Counted from the first letter of the stretch, positions 46,381-56,904 are shown. The stretch: 64,000 nt of DNA from Acetobacterium wieringae (GCF_026646375.1 NZ_JAIPPU010000014.1:11873-75872); one strand, 5' to 3'. Numbers and translations are program-made. The notes: a model not told the origin generated them from the letters alone.

Positions 46381-46875
46381 ATGTCAGAATCAAAAACATT
46401 AAACAATCTTATGGAGGCGTTTGCCGGGGAGTCTCAGGCAAACAGAAAGTACACTACCTATGCAAAGAAAGCTGAAGCTGATGGAAAAATCAATGCGGCT
46501 AAATTATTTAAAGCGGCAGCCGATGCTGAAACCCTACATGCCTTAAAACATTTTGAAGTCGCTGGTAAGATCCACAGCACTACTGACAACTTAAAAGACG
46601 CCGTGGCTGGAGAAACACACGAGTTTACCGAGATGTATCCGGATTTCATTAAAGCAGCTGAAGCTGAAGGCAATCAGGCTGCCATTAAAACCTTTACCTT
46701 TGCAATGAAAGCTGAAGCCGTTCATGCCCGGCTGTATCAGGAAGCCCTGGAAAACCTCGATCAAACTGAAGAAATCTTCTACTACCTCTGCCCCCTCTGC
46801 GGAAATATTGAAAAAGCCGTGCCTGACAAATGCCCGATCTGTGGCGTTCCCGGAACCAGCTTTATTAAATACTAA
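46381..46875 (+). CDS. Rubrerythrin
   Basis: Di-iron four-helix motifs (E..A...Y, E..H) and a C-terminal rubredoxin-like CPLCG...CPICG. Confidence 0.9.
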   Translation: MSESKTLNNLMEAFAGESQANRKYTTYAKKAEADGKINAAKLFKAAADAETLHALKHFEVAGKIHSTTDNLKDAVAGETHEFTEMYPDFIKAAEAEGNQAAIKTFTFAMKAEAVHARLYQEALENLDQTEEIFYYLCPLCGNIEKAVPDKCPICGVPGTSFIKY

Positions 46876-46906
46876 ACCCTGCATCTTTCTTATCTCCTAA
46901 CTTGAT

Positions 46907-46957
46907 AAAACCAGAAGAATTCCACTGCCGTCTGGCAAGCATTCTTCTGGTTTTCTG
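46907..46957. terminator. Bidirectional intrinsic terminator at the 3' end of the RiPP cluster
   Basis: AAAACCAGAAGAAT (46907-46920) pairs with ATTCTTCTGGTTTT (46941-46954). Confidence 0.7.
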
Positions 46958-46962
46958 TGTTC

Positions 46963-49104
46963 TTAGACCAGCTGCCTCTTGGCATACTTATAGAAATACG
47001 CTTCTTTTTTCATCAGTTCATCATAGGTGCCGGATTCAACGATGCTGCCTTTTTCCAGCACCAGAATCCGGTCGCAATCCATAATCGTACTGAGCCGATG
47101 GGCAATCACAATTCGGGTGGCGTCGAGATTTTTCAAGCTTTCAGAAACAGTCTTCTGGGAACGGTTATCCAAGGCACTGGTGGCTTCATCAAAAAAGAGT
47201 ATTGCCGGATTGGCCGCAATCGCTCTGGCAATCAGCAGCTTCTGCCGCTGGCCTCCAGACAGGGTACCGGCACCCTCTGCCACCATGGTCTTGAGACCCA
47301 TCGGCATTTCCCGGATTTCTTCATCCATCCCGACTTTTTTAAGTAATTCCCAGATTTCATCTTCCGATAGTTCTTTTTTTGAACCGGCAATGTTTGATAA
47401 AATATCCCCGGGAATCAGTTGACTGTCCTGGAGAACTACCCCCATTTGCTTTCTGATTTCCCGGATATCGACACTTTCCAGATCAAAGCCGCCACAGTAA
47501 ATACTGCCACTGGTGGGTTTTTCAAAGCCCAATAGCAGCCGCAACAATGTTGATTTACCGCTACCAGAGGCCCCAACAACGGCCACATATTCGCCATGTT
47601 TAATATGGAGAGAAATATTATCCAGAATCGTCGCCCCCCCGGGATAATAGGAAAAGTACAGGTGCTTAATTTCAATCTCTCCCTGAATCTTGCCCGGGGT
47701 CGTTTTAAAGCTATCCACTTCGGGCACTCCGTCAATGATCGGCTTGGTGTTTTCATACTGGGGCACCACGCTATTGATGGAAATCAGGGTTTGCACCAGC
47801 CCCAGCAGCGACGAGATAAAAATGACAAAGGCCGAATTGATGGCTACAAAGCCCCCGGAGGAAATGCTATTGACACTGACATAATAGTAGATCACACACA
47901 TCGACAGAGTCGGCAGGGCAATGGTCATCAGCCGCAGTAAGGCCATCAGCTGGCCGCGTTTATACTCCACCTTCCGCTGTTTGGCATATTCCCTAACCCA
48001 TTTCAGATAAGAACGGCTTTCGGCGCCAGCCACTCGTAGCCGTGAAACCGAGGTGATGAGCTCAAAAACCATGCCCGAAATATCATTGGACATTTCCAGT
48101 GATATCCGTTGGCATTTCATTTGCGCTTTTCCGATGACCAGGGTGATGGCCACACTGACCGCCGTTAAAGCCATGGCAATGAAACCAATAGTGGTGTTGA
48201 TGGTAAAAATATACAATCCGTTGATTAGTGAAAATGAGCTGGTGATAATCATTGTGATAACATTCACCGATAGAATTTTCTGGATCATTGCAAAGCCAGT
48301 GGCCCGCATCGCCAGCGCACCCGATGAATACTGTTTAAAAAATGAGGCCGGCAGGGATAACAATTTGTCCAGCAGAGAATTCTGCAAAATTGACAATTTT
48401 CCCTGAATGCGAAGCACACAGATGTTCTGCACCATTGCAAACAAACCCCGACTGATGGCCACCGCCACCAGAATAAAACCGACGACCAAAATTGTCACCG
48501 ACTGATTCTGAGGAATCCAGACGTTGAAGGCCTCCTGCATCGCCATCGCCGGTAACAACGAGAGCAGCGCCGCCGCCAGTGCCAGCACCAGCGTTAAGAC
48601 CAGATCCAGTCGCCGAAACAGCTTTAAGCCCAGTTTCACCATTTCTAAGAAAGAAACGGGTTCCTTGGGAAGAGGTGGGTAAAAAACATAAGCCCGGTCG
48701 AATTCCGACTGAGCATCCACTTCCTGAGCTCCCCCATCACCATGCCAGCACCGATAGCGACTGGGGGATTTTGGAATCAGGGCGACCGGCTCCCCGTCTT
48801 TTGTAAACGCCAGCATCGGGCCGTTATCATGCTGATACCAATTGGCTTTAAGTTCCACCTGGCGGATTCGAAATCCCGATTCATCGGCAATCAGTTTAAA
48901 GGGATCACCACCACTAAGCTTTCTAAGCGGGGGTATTTTAACGTCAATACCCATCGCCTCAGCGACTCTGGCCACAGCGGCAATCAGGGGATTATCATCC
49001 AGAGCGGCCGATTTTTTAGGCGACAACACACTGTCGAAGGCTTTTTGGGCACTATTATCGTATTTTTTATTGAGCTGTCGGATTTCTTCTAATTTTTTTG
49101 CCAT
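46963..49104 (-). CDS. NHLP/Nif11-type bacteriocin export ABC transporter, permease/ATPase subunit without peptidase domain
   Basis: About 150-aa non-peptidase N-terminal domain, a 6-TM region, Walker A GASGSGKST, LSGGQRQ and ILFFDEATSALD. It sits 1 nt after the C39-ABC gene. Confidence 0.9.
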   Translation of the reverse strand: MAKKLEEIRQLNKKYDNSAQKAFDSVLSPKKSAALDDNPLIAAVARVAEAMGIDVKIPPLRKLSGGDPFKLIADESGFRIRQVELKANWYQHDNGPMLAFTKDGEPVALIPKSPSRYRCWHGDGGAQEVDAQSEFDRAYVFYPPLPKEPVSFLEMVKLGLKLFRRLDLVLTLVLALAAALLSLLPAMAMQEAFNVWIPQNQSVTILVVGFILVAVAISRGLFAMVQNICVLRIQGKLSILQNSLLDKLLSLPASFFKQYSSGALAMRATGFAMIQKILSVNVITMIITSSFSLINGLYIFTINTTIGFIAMALTAVSVAITLVIGKAQMKCQRISLEMSNDISGMVFELITSVSRLRVAGAESRSYLKWVREYAKQRKVEYKRGQLMALLRLMTIALPTLSMCVIYYYVSVNSISSGGFVAINSAFVIFISSLLGLVQTLISINSVVPQYENTKPIIDGVPEVDSFKTTPGKIQGEIEIKHLYFSYYPGGATILDNISLHIKHGEYVAVVGASGSGKSTLLRLLLGFEKPTSGSIYCGGFDLESVDIREIRKQMGVVLQDSQLIPGDILSNIAGSKKELSEDEIWELLKKVGMDEEIREMPMGLKTMVAEGAGTLSGGQRQKLLIARAIAANPAILFFDEATSALDNRSQKTVSESLKNLDATRIVIAHRLSTIMDCDRILVLEKGSIVESGTYDELMKKEAYFYKYAKRQLV

Positions 49105-49105
49105 C

Positions 49106-51307
49106 TTATCCCTCAGTTCTGATCAGACTTGCATACTCGCCACCTAAAGCCATTAAATCTTTATGGGTTCCCCGTTCAACCACAACGCCACAGCTTAACA
49201 CGATGATTTCATCACAATCCCGAATCGTCGACAACCGATGGGCAACCAGGATGGTGCTGATGCCCCGGCGCCGGATGTTTTCACTGACCGCAGCTTCGGT
49301 GGCCGTATCCAGAGCACTGGTAGCCTCATCCATGATCAGTATTTTGGGATTTTTGCAGAGTGCCCGGGCGATTTCCAGGCGTTGCCGTTGACCACCACTT
49401 AAGTTTTTGCCACCCTCGGTTAAGATATGGTCAAAGGCATTGGGCAGCGCCAGAATATCCTCATAAATACAGGCATCTTTGGTGGCCTGGATGACATCCT
49501 CGACGGCAATGGTCTCATCCCACATCGTAATATTATCCAGTACCGAAGCTGAATACATGACGATTTCCTGATCGACCGAACTCATTGTATTGACGCGCAG
49601 TTCAGTTGGTATTGCCTTAATATCAATGCCATCGATACGGATTTCACCACTCCATGGCTGATAAAGGGTGGTTATCATTTTGGCAATGGTCGATTTACCG
49701 CTGCCCGACGAACCCACCAGCGCAATCGAGCCACCCGCCCGGAGTGTCAGGTTCAAGCCCTGAATAATCGGAGCCGATAAGCGGTTATAACCAAAGGTCA
49801 GATCCCGGATCTCAATCTCACCTTCTAATTGATCGCAGTCAAACCCATCCAATGAAAGTTTTTCGGCTTCCAGGGCGACATCTTCGGGATACTTTTCAAC
49901 ATCATCGAGACGTGAAATATCGGCGATCATCCCCTGCAGAGCGGCGCTGGTACTGACCAGTTCGCTCATTGGCTGAGTAAAACCAGTCATCAGAGTGTTA
50001 AAGGCCACAAAGGTACCGATGGTCATCGCTCCCATTAAGACATACTCACTGCCAATGGTAAAGATCAGGGCCGTTAAAATACTGGTCATCAGAGTCGGCA
50101 GCACCGAAATAATGGCTTCCATCCGGCCCATTTTCTGTTCCACCGCCAGGGTTTCGGCACTGAGTCCAGCGATCCGGGTAAAGAAATTATCTTCTTCCCC
50201 AATCGATTTAATGGTTTCGATGGATTTTAGATTAACCATGATCCAGCCAATTGATTTTCCCTGATACTGGAGCAGTACCCGGTTGTTATCGGCATTTTTC
50301 TTGGCGGTGTACTGCAGCAGAAAAATATTGATTGCGGTGATAACAATCCCGATCAGGGTCAAGATGACATTATATTGAAACAGCAAAATCAGGTATAAAA
50401 AGGCCGTGACCAGATTGACCAGAATCCGGGCCAGATTGCTTGACAATGCGGTGGCTACCGTATTGATGCTTTGCATCCGGCTGTTGATATCCCCGGATTG
50501 GCGCTGATTAAAAAACTCCACCGGCAGCCGCAGCACGTGCCGCAGATAGGCACCGGCACTGTCAATGGCAATATAGTTCTCCATCCGCACCAGCGCGTTT
50601 TCCTTTAGCCAGTTAAGAATCGCCTGGAGTACCACCGTGTTTAACAGGATAAAAATAAAGATCAGAATATCGAATCTTTCGGTATTATTCAGGAAATAAT
50701 CGACAAAAATTTTAGCATAATTTGCGATGATCAGCCCAGGAATGACTAGTAGCACACCCAATACCAGGGCATAGAGTAGCGGTGACACGCCGGTTTGGGA
50801 AAGTCGTTTATAGAGCGCCTTCCAAACATTGGGTTTTTCTCCAGCTGGCGTGAAATCGGGTCCCGGTCGGGATTCAATGACGACTCCGGTAAACATCTGC
50901 CCCAGTTCCTCTGTGGTGATCACCCGTTGTCCCGAAGCCGGATCGCACAGATATACCTTGTCGTTTTTAAACCCTTCCAGCACTACAAAATGACTAAAAT
51001 CCCAGTGAATGATCACAGGCATTACCATTTCTTTTAACTTATCAACGGTGCAGACAAAGCCCTGGGATTCCAGACCATAAAGCCGAGCCGTTCTGGCAAT
51101 GTTCCCGGCCTTAACACCATCCCGGGATACCCCACAATCGATCCGTAGCGTTTCCAGGGTTTCGTAGCGCCCATAATAGGCCAAAATCATCGACAGTGAA
51201 GCAACCCCACATTCCACCGCTTCCATTTGCAATACAACCGGAACCTTGGCTATCTTAGGCAGTTTTTCGTGCTCATCCCAACTTTTTTCGGATTGTGATT
51301 TCGTCAT
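49106..51307 (-). CDS. NHLP/Nif11-type bacteriocin export ABC transporter with N-terminal C39 peptidase domain
   Basis: C39 catalytic region VLQMEAVECGVASLSMILAYYG and HFVVLEG. ABC motifs GSSGSGKST, LSGGQRQ and ILIMDEATSALD. Confidence 0.9.
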   Translation of the reverse strand: MTKSQSEKSWDEHEKLPKIAKVPVVLQMEAVECGVASLSMILAYYGRYETLETLRIDCGVSRDGVKAGNIARTARLYGLESQGFVCTVDKLKEMVMPVIIHWDFSHFVVLEGFKNDKVYLCDPASGQRVITTEELGQMFTGVVIESRPGPDFTPAGEKPNVWKALYKRLSQTGVSPLLYALVLGVLLVIPGLIIANYAKIFVDYFLNNTERFDILIFIFILLNTVVLQAILNWLKENALVRMENYIAIDSAGAYLRHVLRLPVEFFNQRQSGDINSRMQSINTVATALSSNLARILVNLVTAFLYLILLFQYNVILTLIGIVITAINIFLLQYTAKKNADNNRVLLQYQGKSIGWIMVNLKSIETIKSIGEEDNFFTRIAGLSAETLAVEQKMGRMEAIISVLPTLMTSILTALIFTIGSEYVLMGAMTIGTFVAFNTLMTGFTQPMSELVSTSAALQGMIADISRLDDVEKYPEDVALEAEKLSLDGFDCDQLEGEIEIRDLTFGYNRLSAPIIQGLNLTLRAGGSIALVGSSGSGKSTIAKMITTLYQPWSGEIRIDGIDIKAIPTELRVNTMSSVDQEIVMYSASVLDNITMWDETIAVEDVIQATKDACIYEDILALPNAFDHILTEGGKNLSGGQRQRLEIARALCKNPKILIMDEATSALDTATEAAVSENIRRRGISTILVAHRLSTIRDCDEIIVLSCGVVVERGTHKDLMALGGEYASLIRTEG

Positions 51308-51322
51308 GCGTTGGCCGCCTTT

Positions 51323-52147
51323 CTAGGAAATAATCAGATCAATGAGATAAAGCTGATCGGTAAAAATCGTCGCCGTGCCGGAGGTTCCTGCGATAATTTC
51401 ACCGTTAAAGCCATTGTTTTCTTTGGTCCAGATATAATTTCCCTGATCGTCCACCTTGGGATCGATAATAATCAGCATTTCGATGGGGCTCCCTTCATCC
51501 TGGGACAAGCCGCTGAGCGAAACACTACGGACAATCCCTCTTAAATAGCCATATTTATCACTGTTGACCGATTCCAGATTGATAAAAACTTTATCACCTT
51601 GCTTGACATTAATGGCCCCTTCATAGCTGGAATAGGCCTGAACCACCACCGTGGTGTCTTCGTTTTCCCGTTTGACAATTTTACCGAGCGTCGAGTTTTT
51701 GGGAATGTATGCCCCATCCTGAAAACTCAAGTCGGCGATCACACCACTTTCCATGGCCACAATCATGGTTTGCCGTTTCACCAGACTTTTTAGCTGATCG
51801 GTCAAGACAGTTCCGTTACTGATCGATGTTGCCGTTGCTTCGGTGGTCAAAACCCCCAGCAAATCACCCCGTTTGACATAGTCGCCATTGGAGACGGCCA
51901 ACTGCGACAGGATTCCTTCATTTTCAACCACCACATCCACCGTGCCTTCACCATAGGCTACCACCGCATCGGTGGTGGTGGTAATATTAATGGGAACGGT
52001 CACGGCGTAAATCATCACGCCCACCAGAAAAATAATAATACCCAATAAAATCAGCAGATTTCCCGGACCGATGACTGTCATCAGGGCCGCATGTTCACTT
52101 TTGGGAGTGCCTTTATCCTCTTTATTCCGAAATATCGATTTATTCAC
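51323..52147 (-). CDS. HlyD-like secretion/adaptor protein of the NHLP/Nif11 export system (short form)
   Basis: Single N-terminal TM helix and a lipoyl-like hairpin (VSNGDYVKRGDLLGVL ... INVKQGDKVFI). GTG start with GGGGGAGG SD, overlapping the upstream gene by 8 nt. Confidence 0.75.
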   Translation of the reverse strand: MNKSIFRNKEDKGTPKSEHAALMTVIGPGNLLILLGIIIFLVGVMIYAVTVPINITTTTDAVVAYGEGTVDVVVENEGILSQLAVSNGDYVKRGDLLGVLTTEATATSISNGTVLTDQLKSLVKRQTMIVAMESGVIADLSFQDGAYIPKNSTLGKIVKRENEDTTVVVQAYSSYEGAINVKQGDKVFINLESVNSDKYGYLRGIVRSVSLSGLSQDEGSPIEMLIIIDPKVDDQGNYIWTKENNGFNGEIIAGTSGTATIFTDQLYLIDLIIS

Positions 52148-53291
52148 CGCTGTTGCCTCCCCCTGTTATATTATTTTTGGGCACCAATTGATCATTTAAA
52201 TAGATCTTCTGAAATACCGGTATCCCAGTGATCAACCGTTTATTAAAGCTTAAGCCGCCATAGACGGTCTCAAAACTGTTTTCCTCCAGCACTTTTCTGA
52301 TCGCCTCAATTTTCAGACTTTGGGCCTGGTTGGCCGCATCAGCTGCCAGATGCATCGCCATGTAGGCCTGGGCGGCCGGCAGATCCGGTGTCAAACCATA
52401 AGCCTGCTGATAGGCCTGAATAAATGCGGCCTCGGCACCAGTGGTAGCGGTATTGTTAAAATAACTGGTGACCTGGATCAGGTTTTTCATACTTTGAGGA
52501 ATTGTATACGCTTGAATCTCAATGTCATAACTGGCAAAGATTGGCCGGGTGTTGCCGGTTTTTTCCAAATACTCATAAAGCGCTGTGATATCATTGCCGA
52601 CACAGGCACTAACAATCGCCTGAGCCCCCATACTGTCCCATTTTTTGACATAATAGCGGAAATAATCGAGGTTTGGCAGATACGAAACTGCATCAACAAT
52701 TTCAATGCCCGTCGCATTGGCATGTTCTTCAACCTTTTGAATAAAGTCTTTACCATAAGTATTGCCAGCACTATGAACAACCGCAATCCGGCTGATTCCC
52801 TGAGCCGCGATGCTGCCAACCAGCTCACTGGCCATGGCATCGTCGGACGGCGCACAAAGATAAGCCCCCGGATTTTGGGCTAAATTCAATTTCGAACTGG
52901 CAATAATCGGGGCAAAGAGGAGCTTATTGTTCTGGTGATAAATGCTCCCCACCTTTAGTACATCGTCGGTACTGCGATGGCCAATGACAATCGGGAAATC
53001 CGAATTTTCGGCGATTCGAGTGGCTACCTCTACTGCCGTATTTATGTTGTTACCATCATCATTGTAGTTTACTTCAATGGACTGATTAAGAATTCCGCCC
53101 TGATCGTTGATCTCCTGGGCGGCCAGTTCAATGCCATTTTTGAAGGATTGGCTATAATCTTCCGAGAAAGGGTACACCACATCGACTGACAATTTACCGT
53201 TTTCCTCAGTCTTGCCGGTACAGCCAGCACCGAGCAAGCCGCCGATCATCAGGATGGTCAGGACGGCTAAGATCATCCGTTGTTTTTTCAT
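52140..53291 (-). CDS. Orphan LivJ-type (Peripla_BP_6) substrate-binding lipoprotein
   Basis: Lipobox LGAGC|TGK. The branched-chain-amino-acid-binding-protein-like sequence reads NGIELAAQEINDQGGILNQSIEVNYNDDGNN...PIVIGHRSTD. AAGGAG SD. Confidence 0.85.
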   Translation of the reverse strand: MKKQRMILAVLTILMIGGLLGAGCTGKTEENGKLSVDVVYPFSEDYSQSFKNGIELAAQEINDQGGILNQSIEVNYNDDGNNINTAVEVATRIAENSDFPIVIGHRSTDDVLKVGSIYHQNNKLLFAPIIASSKLNLAQNPGAYLCAPSDDAMASELVGSIAAQGISRIAVVHSAGNTYGKDFIQKVEEHANATGIEIVDAVSYLPNLDYFRYYVKKWDSMGAQAIVSACVGNDITALYEYLEKTGNTRPIFASYDIEIQAYTIPQSMKNLIQVTSYFNNTATTGAEAAFIQAYQQAYGLTPDLPAAQAYMAMHLAADAANQAQSLKIEAIRKVLEENSFETVYGGLSFNKRLITGIPVFQKIYLNDQLVPKNNITGGGNSGE

Positions 53292-53316
53292 GTCCGTCTC
53301 CTTATTATTAGATTAA

Positions 53317-53378
53317 GTAATTGCGAAACTGCACCCAAAGCAATCATTGTTCGATGCCTTTTCATTTCGAAATTACCT
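53317..53378. repeat. Palindromic intergenic element (short copy of 13192-13328)
   Basis: GTAATTGCGAAA...TTTCGAAATTAC terminal inverted repeat (one mismatch). The core is GAAACTGCACCCAAAGCAATCATTGTTCGATG. Confidence 0.5.
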
Positions 53379-53396
53379 ATTGAGATAATTCTTAGT

Positions 53397-55100
53397 CTAA
53401 ATAAACGCCGAAAATAAAATCAGATAGCGGTCACTTAGGCTTTTTAGCGATATGTTCAGATCCACCGGGGCACAATTTAGCCTGGCTGCCGTTTCTGCGA
53501 TGGTAAAGCGGCCAGCGCCAGCCAGAATGTCAAGTTCGACCGGACTGAGACTATTAATATCCAGCAGCGAAAAATCCGGAATCATCTGGATCACTGCGTT
53601 ATTTTTCTCTGGCTCGCTCAGTTCATGCCATTCTTTTAACAGCCCTTGATACTCAGTCAGTTTTTGATAATAGGCTACCATGATCGGGTCTTTGGCATAG
53701 ATAAATTTAAGGTATCCGGCGGCAATGCCATAGTTAAAGGCCAGCTTAAAGTCAGTGTAAATCCGTGCTTTAGGAATCAAACCCTGTTTAAACTGCTGTT
53801 TCATTTTATTTGAAACTGCCGTAATAAACCGGGAACGCGCCATGCAGATTTCCGGCAACGACAGCGCCTCGGTATGGTTGACTGGAAAATCCTCGAGGTT
53901 GGTCAGACATTCCCGATCTTCCAGCGTGATTCCAAATTTTTCGGGATGCTGATAAATTTGAGTGCCGGGCAGGGGCATAATAAAAGTTGTCGATAGATCC
54001 AGCATCCCCGGGGCCAGATCCAACAATTCCAGTACTGTTTTGGTGGTCTCAGCCAGGGTTTCCGCAGTTTCAAAGGCTCCGCCAATAATATAGTTCCCGG
54101 TTAACTGGGGTAAACCCTCGGCGTAGCAAAGCTCAACCACTTTTTTAATATCAGCGGGGCTAGCCTGTTTGCCATAGGCTTTGAGCACATCAGCCACCCC
54201 GGTTTCCATCCCGATCTGCATTCGCACCATGCCGCTGTCAATCATTTCCCGGATCAGCTCGGGGTGTTTGATTAAAAAGCCGGGATGGCCTTCACAAAAC
54301 CAGACAAAATCATATTTTTCCCGTAAAACTTTCAGGCCAGCTAAGATCTGCTTCAGTCTAACCGGATGGGTGGTAAAGGTATCGTCACAAAAAAACAGGT
54401 AGCGGGGGCGGGTGCTTCTTTTTAGTCGTTCTTCAATTTCAGCCAGGACATCTTCGGCCTGACGCAGCCGCAGATTTTTGGAATTCCCGCCCTCAAAACA
54501 AAAGGCACAACGATAAGGACAACCTCTTGCCGTAATAACCGACAACAGCGGCCGCTCCTGAAACTCCAGGACATCTTCGTTGCGGGGCCATTCGTATCTG
54601 GCAAAATCCTCCAGATAAACGTAATCGGCGTTTTGATCGGCTCGAAGCTCGCCCGGAACAAATACATCTTCACCCCGAACCCTGGCACTTAACCAGGCCA
54701 AGAGGGATTCTTCGCCTTCGCCCTTAATAATCGCATCGGCCTGATATGTTTTTAGATCTTTTTTCGTCATATGCAGGGTTTGGGGGCCGCCTACCACCAC
54801 ATAAAAATCATGCTGCTTTTTTAGCTCACTGCAAATCGCCGCCACTGCCGAACGATTGTCAAAATCACAGTAGAAACAGACCGCAAAGAGGCGGTCTGTC
54901 AAATTTTTGATGGTTTTTACCACATCGGTGGTAATGCCGGTGTACGCTTTGGCCTTAAAACCATTGGCATTGAGCTGGGCCGCCAGGGTAAGAATTCCCA
55001 GATTTTCAATCATTTCAAAGGTTCGTCCCCGGATCATCCGTTGGGTATAAATGAGTAAAACTTGGGGTTTGCTGCTTATGGTCTCCGGTATAAAATCCAC
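53397..55100 (-). CDS. B12-binding-domain radical SAM protein (module D) with RRE-like C-terminal tail
   Basis: N-terminal Rossmann-like part with CDFDN, VVGGPQT and KGEGEE. rSAM cluster ARGCPYRCAFCFEG. GGAGGG lies 6 nt before GTG 55100. 25-nt overlap with module C. Confidence 0.85.
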   Translation of the reverse strand: MDFIPETISSKPQVLLIYTQRMIRGRTFEMIENLGILTLAAQLNANGFKAKAYTGITTDVVKTIKNLTDRLFAVCFYCDFDNRSAVAAICSELKKQHDFYVVVGGPQTLHMTKKDLKTYQADAIIKGEGEESLLAWLSARVRGEDVFVPGELRADQNADYVYLEDFARYEWPRNEDVLEFQERPLLSVITARGCPYRCAFCFEGGNSKNLRLRQAEDVLAEIEERLKRSTRPRYLFFCDDTFTTHPVRLKQILAGLKVLREKYDFVWFCEGHPGFLIKHPELIREMIDSGMVRMQIGMETGVADVLKAYGKQASPADIKKVVELCYAEGLPQLTGNYIIGGAFETAETLAETTKTVLELLDLAPGMLDLSTTFIMPLPGTQIYQHPEKFGITLEDRECLTNLEDFPVNHTEALSLPEICMARSRFITAVSNKMKQQFKQGLIPKARIYTDFKLAFNYGIAAGYLKFIYAKDPIMVAYYQKLTEYQGLLKEWHELSEPEKNNAVIQMIPDFSLLDINSLSPVELDILAGAGRFTIAETAARLNCAPVDLNISLKSLSDRYLILFSAFI

Positions 55101-56827
55101 TTATGGCCCTCCATTTTATTCAGGGCCTGCTCTGCCTGATTGTAAAAATCAGGATTGATGCCCTGGGGATCGAGCTTCATTCTGCCCTGCAGCAGCACTT
55201 CTTTTTTTGACAGCTTGCCATTGCATAATTTCAGCAGGGTATAGTCGATTTCATCGAGTACCTGATTAAATATCTGCGGTCTTTCGCCGCTGACATCGGT
55301 GTAAAGCCATAATTCAAAGGTGCGGTGAATGACAGCCTCTTCATCGTTTTTTCCCAATTGAGTATGGAGAACATACTCATCCGAAGCCCGCATTTTCCAG
55401 TAGGCGTCATCAATCGGAATATTTTTATAGACATAATCATTCCAGCGGGTAAAAACGCCGTATTGTCGCCCCAGTCGATACGAATCGAGAATTACCGCTT
55501 CGGGAATTTTGCCGTCAAAATAAATTTTGCGCATTTCATTCTGCAGTCGCTTGTTGGCCTGCAGGCGAATGTTTGTCAGATCGGTAAAATCCAGTGTTTC
55601 GGTGCGAGACAGGGGAATGTCCTCATTACAACAATCAATCAACTCTTCATAGATGGACATCCCGAATTTTTCGGGATGGAGAGTGATTGGCGTTTTGGGA
55701 TAGGGCAGAAATGAAAAATAGGCCGTTTCAAACTGACCCGGGGCATTATAGAGCAGTTCCATAATCAACGACTCCGATTCTTCAATGGTTTCCCGGGTTT
55801 CATGGGGCCCACCCAAAATAATATTGCCAGAGATTCCGTGAATCCCCGATTCAACACAGTGGTTGATGACATCGACGGCCATTTTCCGGGTGATTTTTTT
55901 ATTATAGCTTTTTAACACCTGATCACTGCCTGATTCCAGCCCAAAAAAGATTTTGACAAGACCGGCATCGGCCAGATGCTTAGCCATCTCGCGATGCTTG
56001 TCAATGGTTGAAATATGGGCGCTGGCAAACCAGACAAAATCGTAGTCTGTGCGGATTGTGGTTATTTCTTTGCAAATCTGATCGACCCGATTATGATCAA
56101 GGGTAAAGGTATCATCGAGAAAATTAACATAATTAATGGCCGGGTTGCGTTTAAAGTTGGCTCGGATTTCGTCCATCAGCGATGGCACGGAGTGCCGGCG
56201 AACCCGTTTGGCATTGGCCCCTTCATAGCAGAAGGTGCAGCCAAACGGACAACCCCGACCGGTCAAAATCGGCAGCAGGCCAAAATGTTTGTAATCATTG
56301 GTCAGGGTGATGTCGGGCCAGGGAATCGTATCCAGTTCTTCCGGTGGCTTTCTCGGCTCATTTTCCACCAGGGCACCCGTTTCATCAAGGAACATAATTC
56401 CCTGAATCGTTTCGAGGGAACCCTTCCTGTTTATAAAAAAATCCATCAGCTCCAGGATCGTTTCTTCTCCTTCGCCAATACAGGCGGCTGCAATGGTGGT
56501 ATCTTTTAAAAATTCAGCGTCCATTCCGACTGTCTGTGGACCCCCGGCCAGTAAAATCACCTCAGGATAGCGCCTTTTGACTTCCTTAGCAAAGGTTTTG
56601 ACCCAGTGAATATTGTTAAAATCACAGTAAAAGCCGATAATTTGGGGTTTGTCCTCTGTTTCCATCAATGCGACCACATAATCCAGGGCTTCTTTGGCAT
56701 AGCCTTGAAACATCTCGGCCTGATAGCCCTTATGCCTTAATAGTTGGGTCAGTATATTCATCCCCAGATTACTGCCGGGAATATAACCGCTGACATAGCG
56801 GTGTGATTTGATTAATAATAGTTCCAT
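55076..56827 (-). CDS. B12-binding-domain radical SAM protein (module C) with RRE-like C-terminal tail
   Basis: CDFNN, LAGGPQT, IGEGEE and GRGCPFGCTFCYEG. ATG 56827 lies 8 nt after AAGGGGGAA; the track GTG at 56833 is too close to the SD. Confidence 0.85.
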   Translation of the reverse strand: MELLLIKSHRYVSGYIPGSNLGMNILTQLLRHKGYQAEMFQGYAKEALDYVVALMETEDKPQIIGFYCDFNNIHWVKTFAKEVKRRYPEVILLAGGPQTVGMDAEFLKDTTIAAACIGEGEETILELMDFFINRKGSLETIQGIMFLDETGALVENEPRKPPEELDTIPWPDITLTNDYKHFGLLPILTGRGCPFGCTFCYEGANAKRVRRHSVPSLMDEIRANFKRNPAINYVNFLDDTFTLDHNRVDQICKEITTIRTDYDFVWFASAHISTIDKHREMAKHLADAGLVKIFFGLESGSDQVLKSYNKKITRKMAVDVINHCVESGIHGISGNIILGGPHETRETIEESESLIMELLYNAPGQFETAYFSFLPYPKTPITLHPEKFGMSIYEELIDCCNEDIPLSRTETLDFTDLTNIRLQANKRLQNEMRKIYFDGKIPEAVILDSYRLGRQYGVFTRWNDYVYKNIPIDDAYWKMRASDEYVLHTQLGKNDEEAVIHRTFELWLYTDVSGERPQIFNQVLDEIDYTLLKLCNGKLSKKEVLLQGRMKLDPQGINPDFYNQAEQALNKMEGHKWILYRRP

Positions 56828-56837
56828 CTGCACCGTT

Positions 56838-56897
56838 CCCCCTTTAAACTACTGACGGTTATTCCAATCAGTACTTTGAAGGGGAAATCTCCCCTTC
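56838..56897 (-). promoter_or_regulatory. Two overlapping alternative RNA hairpins downstream of precursor gene 1
   Basis: H1 is GAAGGGGA-AATC-TCCCCTTC (56878-56897). H2 pairs CCCCTTTAAACTACTG (56838-56853) with CAGTACTTTGAAGGGG (56869-56884) with 2 mismatches. The two share the GAAGGGG segment. Confidence 0.5.
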
Positions 56898-56904
56898 AGT
56901 TGTT

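Noticed and set aside
52320-52883. 187-aa plus-strand ORF opposite the LivJ-type lipoprotein gene
   Set aside because: Antisense shadow.
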